A stretch of 64,000 nucleotides of DNA. Origin: a bacterium. GTDB taxonomy: Bacteria; Patescibacteriota; Microgenomatia; UBA10105; UBA927. Position numbers and translations under genes: made by a program. The stretch is from positions 4,376 through 68,375 of the forward strand of contig JAKAFY010000003.1 of NCBI GenBank assembly GCA_021817785.1, read 5' to 3'. Positions 28,621-39,996 of the stretch are shown here, in pieces (the stretch's first letter is position 1; each line of letters begins with the position of its first letter). Under the pieces are notes generated by a model. The model worked only from the letters and a program-made list of their open reading frames with translations. It ran no database searches and was not told the DNA's origin.

Positions 28621-29094
28621 TTATTCCATCGCCTTACCTAATTGTTCCATAGCCCGAACAAGCGAGCCATTCGTGTATTTGGAAAAATCCACGTGTTTCT
28701 GATGGCCCTCCATAAGTCCTGCAAGGATACGCCGGGCTTTTTTGGCTTGGTGCTTCCATAAAAATACAATCTGTAATGTTTGTTCCAACGGACCCTGCGG
28801 AATAATCTCCAGCGTCGCAAAAAACGGATTATATTGTATAGATACCTGTCGGATATCGGGCAATTGTACACGAGTACTCGTGGCAGACCAAAAAAATAAC
28901 CCATGAATGACATCTATGTGGTTTGCCCGAATGATCACTTTATCGGTAAATAATACAAACGGGAAAACCGTTTTGATGACATACAAAGGTTCATTTGCTT
29001 CCTGAAGAAGTTCGGGGAGTGGATCCGGAAGGCGTACCTCCCTTCGAGCTGTCGTAGGAGTTATTTGAAATATGGTACCTCTCGGTTGTACCAT
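28621..29094 (-). CDS. Hypothetical protein (bacterial PH-like)
   Basis: FPF.LF.D...DIRQVSI..NPFFATLEI pattern. Confidence 0.65.
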   Translation of the reverse strand: MVQPRGTIFQITPTTARREVRLPDPLPELLQEANEPLYVIKTVFPFVLFTDKVIIRANHIDVIHGLFFWSATSTRVQLPDIRQVSIQYNPFFATLEIIPQGPLEQTLQIVFLWKHQAKKARRILAGLMEGHQKHVDFSKYTNGSLVRAMEQLGKAME

Positions 29095-29152
29095 AATATG
29101 TATTATACATTACAAAACAAAATTATACTGGGATCCGTTATACTATATCCAT

Positions 29153-29794
29153 ATGACCAAACAACAAAAAGCTCTGGAAATATATAAACGACTGCTTAAG
29201 GATAATCCCCATCCCAGGGTAGAACTCCACTATACCACTCCCTTTGAACTGTTGGTGGCTACCATTCTGTCCGCCCAGTGCACCGACAAACTCGTCAACC
29301 TGGTCACTCCTGCCCTATTTGAAAAATATAAAACCATACAGGCGTATGCGGATGCGACGGTCAAAGACATAGATACCATGGTCGGGAAAGTAAATTTCCA
29401 TTCCAACAAAGCCAAAAATATCCAAGCCGCGGCCAAGATGATCATGAACGACTTTGGCGGCAACGTCCCTAAAACCATGAAAGAGCTGGATGCGTTGCCC
29501 GGGGTCGCGCGAAAGACGGCAAACGTCGTCCTGGGGAGCGCCTTTGGCATAGCCAGCGGCATCGTCATCGACACCCACGGCATACGCCTGGCAAACAAAC
29601 TGGGACTTACCACATCCAAAGATCCGGTTAAAATCGAACAGGACCTCATGAAGATTCTGCCCCAGGACGCATGGATTCAGTTTGGCAAGCTTTTAACCCT
29701 GCACGGGCGGTACGTCTGCACCGCGCGTCCGCATACGTGCGAGCCGTGTCCGTTAGGCGATCTGTGCCCGGAGTATGCAGCAAAGACACGCTAA
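29153..29794 (+). CDS. nth: Endonuclease III
   Basis: LLVATILSAQCTD, LPGVARKTANVVL, IDTH, four-Cys 4Fe-4S motif CTARPHTCEPCPLGDLC. Confidence 0.95.
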   Translation: MTKQQKALEIYKRLLKDNPHPRVELHYTTPFELLVATILSAQCTDKLVNLVTPALFEKYKTIQAYADATVKDIDTMVGKVNFHSNKAKNIQAAAKMIMNDFGGNVPKTMKELDALPGVARKTANVVLGSAFGIASGIVIDTHGIRLANKLGLTTSKDPVKIEQDLMKILPQDAWIQFGKLLTLHGRYVCTARPHTCEPCPLGDLCPEYAAKTR

Positions 29795-30990
29795 TGCAGT
29801 ATCCTTCCGGTCGCCTGTTCAACCACATGCATGAATAACTTCGTGTCATATGCCGGCGTAAAGTGCGACGCTTCCGGCACGATGAATACCTTTGCCACGT
29901 GTTTTACCTGCTTATTTGCTTTTCGGACATGGGATACTTTCATAAACCGGTCGTTTTCCAAATAGACGAGACTGGTATGTAAGCGTATGTTCTGTTTGGC
30001 AAGCGTATCCGTCACCTTTTGGAGTTGGGTATCCATCCCGCCGGAAATCATTGCAGCCATTTTAAGGCGTGTGACCCAGATATAGGGCAATAATGAATAC
30101 CACGCGACATGTTCCGACGGGTTATAGAGATCGTGCATAAATCCTTTCAGCGACGGATCGATGAGGTCGCCGCTTAGCAGCGTAGGAATATATGGTTTGA
30201 TGAGCGCGTTGCGTTCGGCAAGTAATTTCTGATCTACCGTGCCGGTGCTGGCAACAGCCTGGGTGAGTGATGCATCAATCGTTTCTAGTCGGGACAATAA
30301 TTGGCCTGCATCCTGCGGCGGCAGCCTAGTACGGGCGAATGTATGAAATTTCTTTTGGAGCTCCGTCGACTTCGGCGGCTTTTGTGCTACGGCCAAACGC
30401 AGAAGGGCTTTGCGTGCGTTTGGAATCTCCTTTGGCACCGGAATCGTCTGCATATCCCCGGCAAGCGGTAGCTCCGGCACTATTTTTGCAGCCACGGCAG
30501 GAGGCAGTGGATAGGCGATATGCGCCTCGAACGTATCCCGGTTATGAAGTATGCGCGCCGACCCGGATACCAAATTCCCCAACGCATCCAACCCTTTGGA
30601 TCCGTATTCTATGGGAGACACCACCGCAAGATCTATTGTTTTCCCTTTATACCGGTCGTCTTTGGCTATGGCATTCAGAAATGCCACCGCCTCGACACCT
30701 CCCATGGAATGCGCGATGATCACAATCTCCTTTTTATTTTTCACCTTCTGAAACAGTGTATCGGCCAATCGTTCGTAGCGTTTTGTAGTAAATCGATCGC
30801 GTTTGGCCGCGGTAGCAGACGTAATGGATTCTTCGTAATGAAAATCGGAGCCGAAACGTTTTTTGGCCTCGGCTGCCCCCGACCACATCCCTTTCCCCGA
30901 CGCGGGAGCCCCGGGGAACATGACGACAAAATAATCTTTCGTCGTCTTGGCGCCCTCGACAAATGGTGACAGGCGGGTTTGTTCAGCCAT
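29791..30990 (-). CDS. Divergent alpha/beta-hydrolase fold protein
   Basis: IIAHSMGG nucleophile elbow; C-terminal Asp (ENDRF) and His (EASHF). Confidence 0.65.
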   Translation of the reverse strand: MAEQTRLSPFVEGAKTTKDYFVVMFPGAPASGKGMWSGAAEAKKRFGSDFHYEESITSATAAKRDRFTTKRYERLADTLFQKVKNKKEIVIIAHSMGGVEAVAFLNAIAKDDRYKGKTIDLAVVSPIEYGSKGLDALGNLVSGSARILHNRDTFEAHIAYPLPPAVAAKIVPELPLAGDMQTIPVPKEIPNARKALLRLAVAQKPPKSTELQKKFHTFARTRLPPQDAGQLLSRLETIDASLTQAVASTGTVDQKLLAERNALIKPYIPTLLSGDLIDPSLKGFMHDLYNPSEHVAWYSLLPYIWVTRLKMAAMISGGMDTQLQKVTDTLAKQNIRLHTSLVYLENDRFMKVSHVRKANKQVKHVAKVFIVPEASHFTPAYDTKLFMHVVEQATGRILH

Positions 30991-31053
30991 ATAGTGTCAG
31001 TTATACCATACGCACAATTTCCCCGTACACCGCAAGTATTGTAAAATGACCGT

Positions 31054-31944
31054 ATGCAGTTTAACAACATCGCCGTGGTCGACAAACTGAGCATCACCGA
31101 AGATGCGAAACAAAAAATCCAAACGTTTTCCGCATCCCCCATGACGTTTCCTGCGACGGACGCTACTACCGATGAAGCGCGCATACAACGTATCGGAAAT
31201 GCCGATGCGGTACTCGGGTCCTGGATGACTGCCATAAACCAAACGGTGTTGGATGCTTGTCCTCATATACGCTATATCGGCATCTGCGGTACCAACCTCA
31301 AAAATATCGATCTGGATGCGGCAGCCGCACGCGGGATTACCGTCAAAAATGTCCTCGACTACAGCGATGAAGCCACGGCAGAATACGTATTCACCCAACT
31401 GTTTATGCTCGCCAGAGGCATGGGTCCGTACCAATGGAAATCCGAGCCCTGTGAATTAAACGGCAAGACCATGGGAATTATCGGCCTGGGAGCCGTGGGC
31501 CAGGAAACCGCGCGGCTCGCGCTGGGATGCAACATGAAGGTGGTATACAACGCACGGAGCCGTCACGAGGATTGGGAACGCAAAGGGCTTGTCTATGCCA
31601 GCATACCGGAATTGCTGGAGCAGAGCGATATCGTAAGTTTGCACGTTCCCAAACATACCCTGGTGCTTACCGAAAAGGAATTTGCCCATATGGCACGCGT
31701 ATCGGTACTGGTGGAAACTTGCCTGGGCACGATCTTTGATATGGCAGCATTTAAACGCTGGATGAAACAAGGTACGCATTTTGCGATCTTTGACCACAAG
31801 TTGGATATCTATGATGACGTAAAGGATATGGAACGGGTCATCGGCGCAAATGCCGGGCAGGCGGGTATCACCCTGGAGTCCCGGCAGCGGCTCAGCAACA
31901 AAGTCATCGGGAACATAGAGTCGTATATGCAATCCCACATATGA
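31054..31944 (+). CDS. D-isomer specific 2-hydroxyacid dehydrogenase family protein
   Basis: NIDLDAA..RGITV.N, GIIGLGAVG, SDIVSLHVP. Confidence 0.88.
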   Translation: MQFNNIAVVDKLSITEDAKQKIQTFSASPMTFPATDATTDEARIQRIGNADAVLGSWMTAINQTVLDACPHIRYIGICGTNLKNIDLDAAAARGITVKNVLDYSDEATAEYVFTQLFMLARGMGPYQWKSEPCELNGKTMGIIGLGAVGQETARLALGCNMKVVYNARSRHEDWERKGLVYASIPELLEQSDIVSLHVPKHTLVLTEKEFAHMARVSVLVETCLGTIFDMAAFKRWMKQGTHFAIFDHKLDIYDDVKDMERVIGANAGQAGITLESRQRLSNKVIGNIESYMQSHI

Positions 31945-32815
31945 ATATCATAGCGGGCATCGTCGGATTATTTGTTCTCACTGCCGGTTTTCTCTTCGCA
32001 TATGCCTGGTTCCGATTACACGCTTCGCTCCACGTCCACACAAATGAACATGAAGACTTACTCAGAACCTACCCGCTGAAACATACGGACGTACATCTGA
32101 CAACCAGGGACGGATTTAGTATAGCTGCGTGGTACATTCCCGTTCCGAAACCCAAAGCGGTCGTCATATTGCTTCACGGATTTACGGATGTAAACGGAGG
32201 CAAAGCACTCATGCTTCCGCATGCCGCGTATTTACATGCGCACGGATATACCACGCTCCTTATCGATTTCAGAGCCAACGGCGACAGTGATGGCACCCAC
32301 TGTACACTGGGCGTTACCGAATGGCAGGACGCAGAAGCCGCATTTGACTATGCAGCAAAACAACCCGAAAACACAAATGTTCGTATCGGATTTTTTGGCA
32401 TTTCTATGGGAGCCGCTACAGCAATCATCACCGCGGGAAAAACCGGAAAAGGCGATTTTGTCATCGCCTCGGTGCCATATGCAGGATACCACGCAATGTT
32501 TGCCTATCAGAGCGCAAAAGAACATCTGCCCCTTGGCTCATTGTCCCATTTCTTTCACTGGCCGCCCGGATAGAACTTGGCGTTTCGTTTCCATCATACG
32601 ATCCTTCCAAATGGATTCCCCGTGTTCATGTGCCGTTTCTTGTATTCGCAGCCAAAAGGGACCGCGACGTAGGGTACCGCCAACCGGAGTATCTGTACCA
32701 GCTGGCCCACGCCCCGAAAACGCTGTGGTCACCCGATACCCAGCATGACATACATGCGGAAAAACCAAAAGAGTTTGAGAAGCATATACTATCTTTTCTC
32801 GATAAAATCCGATAA
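31941..32815 (+). pseudogene. Alpha/beta hydrolase split by a 1-bp frameshift near 32530
   Basis: LLHG and GISMG in the first frame; reading continues in another frame LSLAARIELG...VPFLV...QHD to stop 32815. Confidence 0.75.
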
Positions 32816-32829
32816 TATAGCCTACGAAT

Positions 32830-33591
32830 ATGGCCGTACAGGAACTTACGAAGCGAAGCGCCGGTGAACTGATGCCTCCCCCGCATGCCTATGGCCCCGA
32901 GGCAATCCGCAATATAAACGGCAAGTTTGTATGTGATATAAACTTGGGCGGCAATGCCGTGACCCTTCCGCTCATCAATGTGGGAAAGGACAAACCAAAC
33001 TGGGTAGCATATGCCGATGTACGCCAAAACGTAGAACTGGCTATGGCAGCCCTTCCCGAAATGGTAAGTCGTATTTATACGGCTATCCAAAACGGAGCGT
33101 CCATAGACGCCATTGTCACCCCGCAATCAGACAAATCCGAGGCATTTATCCGCTCCGTCACGCTCGAGCTTTCGCGTCGCCTGGGTCGGGTCATCCCACT
33201 TATTCAGCTTGTGGGCAGTATAGATAATCCGGAATTTGTCAAAAACAAGTCCGCTCCGGGATTGACGACCGAATGCGTGTCCGTCGTCTCCAAAGCCAAG
33301 GGCATCACGAAAACGATCGGCATGACGGAAAAAGATGCGCAGATTTTAAAAGCCGTCGACGGCAGGGTCGCGTGGGTGGACGACGTCCTGACCACCGGTA
33401 CCACGCGGGAAAAGTCATTTTATCTTATAAATAAAGCACTCGGAAAACCGGAGGATACGACGTACCCCACGTTTGTGATCGCCGTGGAAAGCGAATGGGG
33501 GCCCGCGTATCCGAAAGCGTTTCCGGAATACAATGCCATCTACCAGACCCCGGAATTTACTACACTTATCCCTGACATTCTTCGCAAATAA
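32830..33591 (+). CDS. Type I phosphoribosyltransferase-like protein
   Basis: PRPP loop VAWVDDVLTTGTT. Confidence 0.8.
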   Translation: MAVQELTKRSAGELMPPPHAYGPEAIRNINGKFVCDINLGGNAVTLPLINVGKDKPNWVAYADVRQNVELAMAALPEMVSRIYTAIQNGASIDAIVTPQSDKSEAFIRSVTLELSRRLGRVIPLIQLVGSIDNPEFVKNKSAPGLTTECVSVVSKAKGITKTIGMTEKDAQILKAVDGRVAWVDDVLTTGTTREKSFYLINKALGKPEDTTYPTFVIAVESEWGPAYPKAFPEYNAIYQTPEFTTLIPDILRK

Positions 33592-33616
33592 ATTGGAAAG
33601 AGTTCCGCGGTGGTTT

Positions 33617-33997
33617 TTACATCGTCACGTTTGGGGTGTGTACGAGCGAAACAATATCGTGTGTGGTACTCTCCAGCACGATACCCACTACGTCTATCCG
33701 AAGCGACCGGGGGACAAGGGGGTGGGTTGCGACATAATACTCCGCAGCACGGATAATGTCCCGCAACTTCTTCGGCGTGACCGCTTCTTCCGGGGTCCCG
33801 AATTCGGCACCAATACGGGTTTTGACCTCGACAAATACCAGCGTTTCGCCGTCTCTGGCGATGATGTCCAGTTCGCCATAGCGGGCTTTGAAATTGCGGC
33901 CAATGATTCGGAACCCTTTGCGGGAAAGATACGTTGCGGCGAGGTCTTCGCCGAGCTTACCCACGGACTGATTATCTGACTTTATGTGCCGCGCCAT
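33617..33997 (-). CDS. yraN: YraN family endonuclease-like protein
   Basis: GKLGEDLA, GELDIIA, LVFVEVKTR, RIDVV. Confidence 0.9.
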   Translation of the reverse strand: MARHIKSDNQSVGKLGEDLAATYLSRKGFRIIGRNFKARYGELDIIARDGETLVFVEVKTRIGAEFGTPEEAVTPKKLRDIIRAAEYYVATHPLVPRSLRIDVVGIVLESTTHDIVSLVHTPNVTM

Positions 33998-34024
33998 AGT
34001 AGCCCCCCCGTTCTTCACAGTGTA

Positions 34025-34813
34025 CTACGGGAGGGGTTTGGCAAGAAGTGTAAGGAACGCATACACGTCCGATACATCGCGGAGATAGTATCGGGCGAGG
34101 GATGTGTAACTTCTGCCCACATGGATCGTCAGCGCCGAGGGAAAAGCACGGAAGACATCTTCATCCGTCGTATCGTCTCCGATATAGATGCACACTGTAT
34201 CCTCGGTCCGTATGCCTTCCTCAGAAAGTACGCGGGAAATCACGGATGCTTTGGTCCAGGAGATATTCGGACGGACATCGATGTCTGTCCCCCCCGGGAT
34301 AACCGCAAATAGGCGTGCGTTTTCCGTATGGGCGATACGCTCCAGTATGCCGGTGCGCGCACGGGGCACAGAGACCGGAGATACCGATCGCAACTGTATG
34401 CTGATACTTAGTCCTTTCCAGTCCACATGGGCTCCCGGGTATTTCTCTATATACTGAACGCACGCCGTGTACAGCGCCTGCAACGCTTCCGGATATGCGG
34501 CAGGCACCGCGGCCGTTTCATATGTACCCCGTATGACCCACTCCAGCCCGTGATTACCTGCCACCACAACCGATTCCGGTACCTGTACATAGTGCGACAG
34601 ATCCGCGACCGTTCTGCCGCTTATGATACCGACCGTATATCCCGGACGCGCCGCAAGTGTCTTCAGTATGTGGGGAAGCGTCTCCGGAACACGGATTGCG
34701 TCGGGTGCCGGAGCCAAAGGAACTATAGTGCCGTCGAAATCCAAGAACAACGCGACGCTGGGCGCGCGGATGACGCGCTGCACCATGACCCTGTCGGAGA
34801 GGAGGTAGTTCAT
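34025..34813 (-). CDS. otsB: Trehalose-6-phosphate phosphatase
   Basis: FLDFDGT, ISGR, GNHG, IGDDTTDEDVF. Confidence 0.92.
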   Translation of the reverse strand: MNYLLSDRVMVQRVIRAPSVALFLDFDGTIVPLAPAPDAIRVPETLPHILKTLAARPGYTVGIISGRTVADLSHYVQVPESVVVAGNHGLEWVIRGTYETAAVPAAYPEALQALYTACVQYIEKYPGAHVDWKGLSISIQLRSVSPVSVPRARTGILERIAHTENARLFAVIPGGTDIDVRPNISWTKASVISRVLSEEGIRTEDTVCIYIGDDTTDEDVFRAFPSALTIHVGRSYTSLARYYLRDVSDVYAFLTLLAKPLP

Positions 34814-37038
34814 CAGGATAATTTGATCATCGACCGCAAAAATTCCGCGGACCAGCGGTACACATTGTATTCTTTGACTAAGCTGCGCATTTTGCGCATC
34901 CTGCGGGTCTGGTCGGATTGCAGCATTTCAAAGCCTTCGCGGATGGCATCCGACACTTCGGCGATGTTATACGGGTTGACGATGAGGGCGTCCCTAAGCT
35001 CCCGGGAGGCTCCGGCAAACTGGCTTAAAATCAGCACGCCTTTTTCATCCCTGTGGGATGCGATGTATTCTTTCGCTACCAGATTCATGCCGTCGTGAAG
35101 CGACGTCACCAGACACACGTCCGATTCCCGGTAGAGTGCGTCGATTTCCTCGTGCGTATGCAGGCGTTTGGAAAAAAGGATCGGCTGCCAGGATCCGCTT
35201 TGATATTTTTTGTTGATCCGGGAAACCGCCGCATCCACTTCGTGTTCAAACTCCTTATATTGTTTGATTTTCGTGCGGGACGGGGCTGCTATCTGTACAA
35301 ACAACGTTTTAGTGCGGTACGCAGGATACGTCTCCAAAAACAGGTCGATCGCCTGCAGGCGTTCCAGTATGCCCTTGGTATAATCCAGCCGGTCGACGCC
35401 GATGGCGACATGCGGCATGGATTTCATGACATCAAATTCTTTCCCGAGGGTATAGCCTTCTCCGCGTGCGGCAACCGAGGTATCGGTAAATGCGATGCTG
35501 ATAGGAAACGGCTTTACCGTCGTCATATGCCCGCCGCGTACCACCGCAAACTGCTGCCAGTCGATCAGCGATTCCAGTTCTTTCCCCACCGTGTCGACGA
35601 AGTTATTACAATGGAGCTGGGTATGAAAACCCAACAGGTCAGAACCCAACATGCCGTCCAGCAACTCTTTGCGGTACGGGCATACGCTGAAGGATTCCCA
35701 GTTCGGCCACGGGATGTGCCAAAACAGTCCGATGGTCGCATCCGGCCGCGCACGCTTGACCATGCGCGGCAATAGCGCGAAATGATAATCCTGGATAAAC
35801 AGTATCGGCCGGTGGACGTCTTTGATTTCGGATAATACTACCTCGGCAAATTTGCCGTTGACCGCTTTGTATGCCTCCCAGTCCTCTTTGCGGAACATGG
35901 GGCGTGTATGGGCAATATGGCATAGTGGCCACAGCCCTTCGTTGGCAAAGCCGTAATAATACCCGTTTTCTTCCTTTTCGGTAAGCCATACGCGGCGCAG
36001 CGTATACTTGGGGTCATCCGGCGGCACCCTTATACGGTCGTGGGCGTCAACCACTTCCCTATCCCCGGAGCCGCTGCCGTGGGCTATCCACGTCCCGCCG
36101 CAGGCATGCATCATGGGTTCTATGGCGGTAGCCAACCCGCTCGCCGGCACATGATACTGGGTGATGCCGTTTTCTTTGGTATGGATATATGGCTCACGGT
36201 TGGAGATCGTATATATTTTGCGGCCTTTGACGATGTCTTTAACAAATTCGCTGAGCCGCTCCGCCGTCCAGGGCGTATCCAGTTTTTCCAGCCGCAACCG
36301 CGCTTCTACCTGCGCCCGCACGTTGGCTTCCGACAAACTCCGGCGTACGTTTTCGACCTCCACGGCAAGCGGCCGCAAAAACGGATTGTTCGGCAGTTTG
36401 CGCTCCGAGGGTTCGGATGACGAGTTTCTCACGGCTTTCAGGGAGAATACGAGCGCACGCACCGGCTCATAGATCACCCACTGCAATACCATGAGCACGG
36501 CGAGGGATAATAAAAATGCCTGGGTAAACAGGCGGATGACGTTGTTGCGCCATATGGCAAACAGCCGGGAATCGATATAGGAGGCGTTTTGGGCTACCAT
36601 GAGTGCTCCGACCACGCTTTTGGTGTCATGCAGCGGCAATGCAAATATGTACACCTTGCCGCTGGGGAGCGTCACAAAATCCCCGTTTGCTTTGTCCGCG
36701 TCCATGACCTCGGACACGATCGTCGTAATCTGTTTGTCGTTGGGGGGGATGGCCGCGGAGGCGGCGACAGTCGCCGTTTTGTTGTCGTAGATCGCCAGTC
36801 CCGCAAACCGTTCTTTGGTGGCAAAGCGTTCGACGACGTTTTGCAGATAGGTATTGGATTTATTGATAAAATTGGGTTCTACGGATTCCCGGAGACTGTC
36901 GGCGACTAGGGTGGAGCGGTACTGCAGATCCGTCTGTAGGCTTTTTTCCTCCTGGTTTACCTGATTGACCGTAAACGTGACGGTGATCAGTGACGCAACC
37001 AGGATGACAAACAGGATGGAACCGATAATTCTCTTCAT
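34813..37038 (-). CDS. otsA: Trehalose-6-phosphate synthase with N-terminal membrane/sensor-like extension
   Basis: SNREPY, NEGLWPLCH, QDYH, FWHIPWP, GVDRLDYTKG, DGMNLVAKEY; about 280-aa extension with two TM helices. Confidence 0.93.
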   Translation of the reverse strand: MKRIIGSILFVILVASLITVTFTVNQVNQEEKSLQTDLQYRSTLVADSLRESVEPNFINKSNTYLQNVVERFATKERFAGLAIYDNKTATVAASAAIPPNDKQITTIVSEVMDADKANGDFVTLPSGKVYIFALPLHDTKSVVGALMVAQNASYIDSRLFAIWRNNVIRLFTQAFLLSLAVLMVLQWVIYEPVRALVFSLKAVRNSSSEPSERKLPNNPFLRPLAVEVENVRRSLSEANVRAQVEARLRLEKLDTPWTAERLSEFVKDIVKGRKIYTISNREPYIHTKENGITQYHVPASGLATAIEPMMHACGGTWIAHGSGSGDREVVDAHDRIRVPPDDPKYTLRRVWLTEKEENGYYYGFANEGLWPLCHIAHTRPMFRKEDWEAYKAVNGKFAEVVLSEIKDVHRPILFIQDYHFALLPRMVKRARPDATIGLFWHIPWPNWESFSVCPYRKELLDGMLGSDLLGFHTQLHCNNFVDTVGKELESLIDWQQFAVVRGGHMTTVKPFPISIAFTDTSVAARGEGYTLGKEFDVMKSMPHVAIGVDRLDYTKGILERLQAIDLFLETYPAYRTKTLFVQIAAPSRTKIKQYKEFEHEVDAAVSRINKKYQSGSWQPILFSKRLHTHEEIDALYRESDVCLVTSLHDGMNLVAKEYIASHRDEKGVLILSQFAGASRELRDALIVNPYNIAEVSDAIREGFEMLQSDQTRRMRKMRSLVKEYNVYRWSAEFLRSMIKLS

Positions 37039-37130
37039 CGTTTTTTTGGCGGTGTACCTACAAACAAAAGGAATACTATTGTACCGCACACCCTATGGGG
37101 GTTGTCAAACAAAGGGAATGGTTTGGGGCG

Positions 37131-37532
37131 TTATGACGCGTTGCCGGTCTGAGTGACGCGGGTCGCTTCCTTGCCGAGCTTTCCGCGGAGGAAATATAAT
37201 TTCGCGCGGCGTACTTCTCCGTGTTTTTTGACTTCCATCTTGCGGATCCATGGGGATACTAACGGGAAAATGCGTTCAATGCCTACTGCCGCCGCTCCGA
37301 TTTTCCGCACCGTAAACATGCAGTCGGCACCGCTTCCTTTGATGGCGATGACGATGCCTTCAAATACCTGGATACGTTCGCGGGTCTCTTCTTTGACTTC
37401 GCGTTTGGTTTTGCCGGCGACTTTTTCCTTTTCGATGAGTTTGTAGTGGACGCGCACCAGATCGCCGACGTGAAAGTCGACTGAGAGATCTTTATCCCCG
37501 TCTTTGCCGGTCCAGGTAGTCATGTTTGCCAT
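37131..37532 (-). CDS. rplS: 50S ribosomal protein L19
   Basis: [32 protein letters not shown]. Confidence 0.95.
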   Translation of the reverse strand: MANMTTWTGKDGDKDLSVDFHVGDLVRVHYKLIEKEKVAGKTKREVKEETRERIQVFEGIVIAIKGSGADCMFTVRKIGAAAVGIERIFPLVSPWIRKMEVKKHGEVRRAKLYFLRGKLGKEATRVTQTGNAS

Positions 37533-37540
37533 AAGAGTAC

Positions 37541-39223
37541 CTATTTTATCAATTTTGCGCGGTCGTTACAAGCTCGAATGTAATCGATGAACAGGGGGTG
37601 GGGCGTCAGCGGCTGGGAGCGGTATTCCGGGTGGTACTGTGTGCCCAGGAAAAACGGGTGTACATTGGTCGGAAGTTCGATGATTTCCGCCAGGTTTTCT
37701 ACGGTGGAACGGCCGGAAATGATAAGCCCGTGATCTTCCAGGGCTTTGGCATAGTCGTCGTTAAACTCGTATCGGTGGCGGTGGCGTTCCCATACCAGCC
37801 GCTGTGCGGGATCGGTATACCCGCCGTGGGCCACATAACTTTTGTCGGCTATTGACCCCTCTTTGACGTTGCATTCCCAGCGGCCTAACCGCATGGTACC
37901 GCCGTATGCCCTGCGGGATTTGTTTTCTTCCTGCAGTTTGTTCATATGGATGACGGGGTTGGGCGTACGCTCGTCACACTCGGTCGTATTGGCGTCGGTA
38001 AGTCCCAAGACATTGCGCGCATATTCCACCGTGGCAAGCTGCATGCCGTAGCAAAGCCCGAGATACGGAATTTTGTGTTCCCGGGCGTACCGGATGGCAA
38101 CCAACATGCCCTCGACGCCGCGGGCGCCCCAGCCTATGGGCACGATGACGCCGGACACGCCGTCCAGGAGTTTTTCAATGGGTTCCCCTTTTTCGATTTT
38201 CTGAGAGTTCACCCAGCGCGTCTTTACCTGCACGCCTTCGTGCCATCCTGCGTGATCCAACGCGTCCATAAGCGCGGCATACGAATCCCGAAGTTCGTAG
38301 TCCCCGGTACCGAAATATTTGCCGACGATGGCTACTTCTACCGTTTTCTTTTTGCTTGTCTTCACCGTATCCAGAAACGCATTCCAGTGGGTTAGATCGG
38401 GCGCACGGTCGGGCAGATTGAGGAGCGATAATATCTTTTGCGCAAACCCCTGTTCTTCAAACGTCTGCGGTACGGCGTAGGCCGTGGATTCATCCGGATT
38501 GTTGATGACGTTTTCGGGACTCACATTGCAAAACATCGCCACGCGTTCGCGGCGTCGGATATCGATGGGTTTTTCACTGCGGCAGACGATGAAATCGGGC
38601 TGGATACCCATGGACAGCAAAAACTTCACGGACAATTGTGTGGGCTTGGTCTTGGGCTCACCCAGGTGCTGAGGCGTGGGCAGGTAGCTCACGTGGACAT
38701 GGACGACCGTTGCTTTGCGGACTGTTTTTAAAATCCGGGACGCTTCGTAGTAAAGCATGTTCTGGTATTCGCCTGCCGTCCCGCCAAGCTCTACGACCAC
38801 GATTTCCGCGCCGTCTTTTTTGGCCGCTTCATCGATGCGCTTCAATATCTCATCCGTTATGTGGGGGATAGCTTCCACGTCTTCGCCTTTGTATTCGAAA
38901 TTCCGTTCGCGGGCAATCACCGAAGAGTAAATCTGGCCCATGGTGATAAAGTTATGCCGGTAGACGTTTTTCCCCAGGATTTTTTCATAGGTACCCATAT
39001 CCATATCGGCCTCGGTCCCGTCGTCACAAAGATATGGGTCACCGTGCTCGATGGGATTGATGAGTCCTGAGTCCAAATTAAGGTAATTTTCGCATTTTAC
39101 GGGGGTGACGCTGTAACCTCTCTGCTGAAGGAGTAAGCCTATGGAGGCTGCCGTAACGCCCTTGCCTAAACCGGAAAGGACGCCGCCTGATACAAATATG
39201 TATTTAATCTCGTGAGCGGGCAT
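37541..39223 (-). CDS. pyrG: CTP synthase
   Basis: [36 protein letters not shown]. Confidence 0.96.
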   Translation of the reverse strand: MPAHEIKYIFVSGGVLSGLGKGVTAASIGLLLQQRGYSVTPVKCENYLNLDSGLINPIEHGDPYLCDDGTEADMDMGTYEKILGKNVYRHNFITMGQIYSSVIARERNFEYKGEDVEAIPHITDEILKRIDEAAKKDGAEIVVVELGGTAGEYQNMLYYEASRILKTVRKATVVHVHVSYLPTPQHLGEPKTKPTQLSVKFLLSMGIQPDFIVCRSEKPIDIRRRERVAMFCNVSPENVINNPDESTAYAVPQTFEEQGFAQKILSLLNLPDRAPDLTHWNAFLDTVKTSKKKTVEVAIVGKYFGTGDYELRDSYAALMDALDHAGWHEGVQVKTRWVNSQKIEKGEPIEKLLDGVSGVIVPIGWGARGVEGMLVAIRYAREHKIPYLGLCYGMQLATVEYARNVLGLTDANTTECDERTPNPVIHMNKLQEENKSRRAYGGTMRLGRWECNVKEGSIADKSYVAHGGYTDPAQRLVWERHRHRYEFNDDYAKALEDHGLIISGRSTVENLAEIIELPTNVHPFFLGTQYHPEYRSQPLTPHPLFIDYIRACNDRAKLIK

Positions 39224-39430
39224 GGCCAAGCAGTAGATTTTCGATATCTCACGATGCAATGAGATACAAATCCACTCCTCCTTTCAATAACGTCAATGGA
39301 AATACCGAAACATTCGGAGCGTAAAATGAGGCTATTGCAATCGAAAATTCACAACTTGGCATGGTTTAAGATACCAAAAAAACACATCGCCGTCAATAAA
39401 GCGAAGAGAAACTATAGATCACCGTATCCT

Positions 39431-39940
39431 TTATTTCCCCGATGATCGTTTCATTTTGGCTGTATGTTTTGGTTCTTTTCGTGCGCTTTGGGGCACCAGA
39501 TGGGTGCGGAACAGGGTGTAAAAGATATCTCCCTTGGTGATTACGCCCATGACGCGGTCGCGCTCGTCTAGGACCGGCAACTGGTCGACGTTTCGTACGA
39601 TCATCCGGGAAAGCACCCGCATGATGAGCGTATCGGCTCGGGTAAACACCACGGTTTTGCTCATGAGGTCTTTGGCCAGCAGTCCCTCGAGATCTTCGAT
39701 TTTATGCTCCATGGCTTCAAAATCCTTGGTGGTTTCCAGGTATTCAAATACATCCTGGTACTGCGGGTATAACGGGCGAAGCAAATCCTCGCGGGTGATG
39801 ATGCCGACGAGTTTGTTTTTTGCATCTACGACCGGAAGCGTATGGATATGTTTGGAAAAGAAGCGTTTCCAAATTTCCTTGTAGGGAGTATTTGGTCCTA
39901 CCGTCACAACCCCTTTGGACATGATCTCGGAGACGATCAT
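39431..39940 (-). CDS. CBS-domain protein
   Basis: Paired LPVVD..LVGIIT..D and LPVLD..VMGVIT..D. Confidence 0.88.
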   Translation of the reverse strand: MIVSEIMSKGVVTVGPNTPYKEIWKRFFSKHIHTLPVVDAKNKLVGIITREDLLRPLYPQYQDVFEYLETTKDFEAMEHKIEDLEGLLAKDLMSKTVVFTRADTLIMRVLSRMIVRNVDQLPVLDERDRVMGVITKGDIFYTLFRTHLVPQSARKEPKHTAKMKRSSGK

Positions 39941-39996
39941 AATGCGATTCGTGATGAGTATAGTCAAGAGAAGAAGACCTTGTCAATCCCTTTTTA

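Noticed and set aside
29791-30990. Adenylate-kinase-like P-loop GAPASGKG
   Set aside because: No other kinase motifs; AHSMGG and the C-terminal Asp/His fit an alpha/beta hydrolase better.
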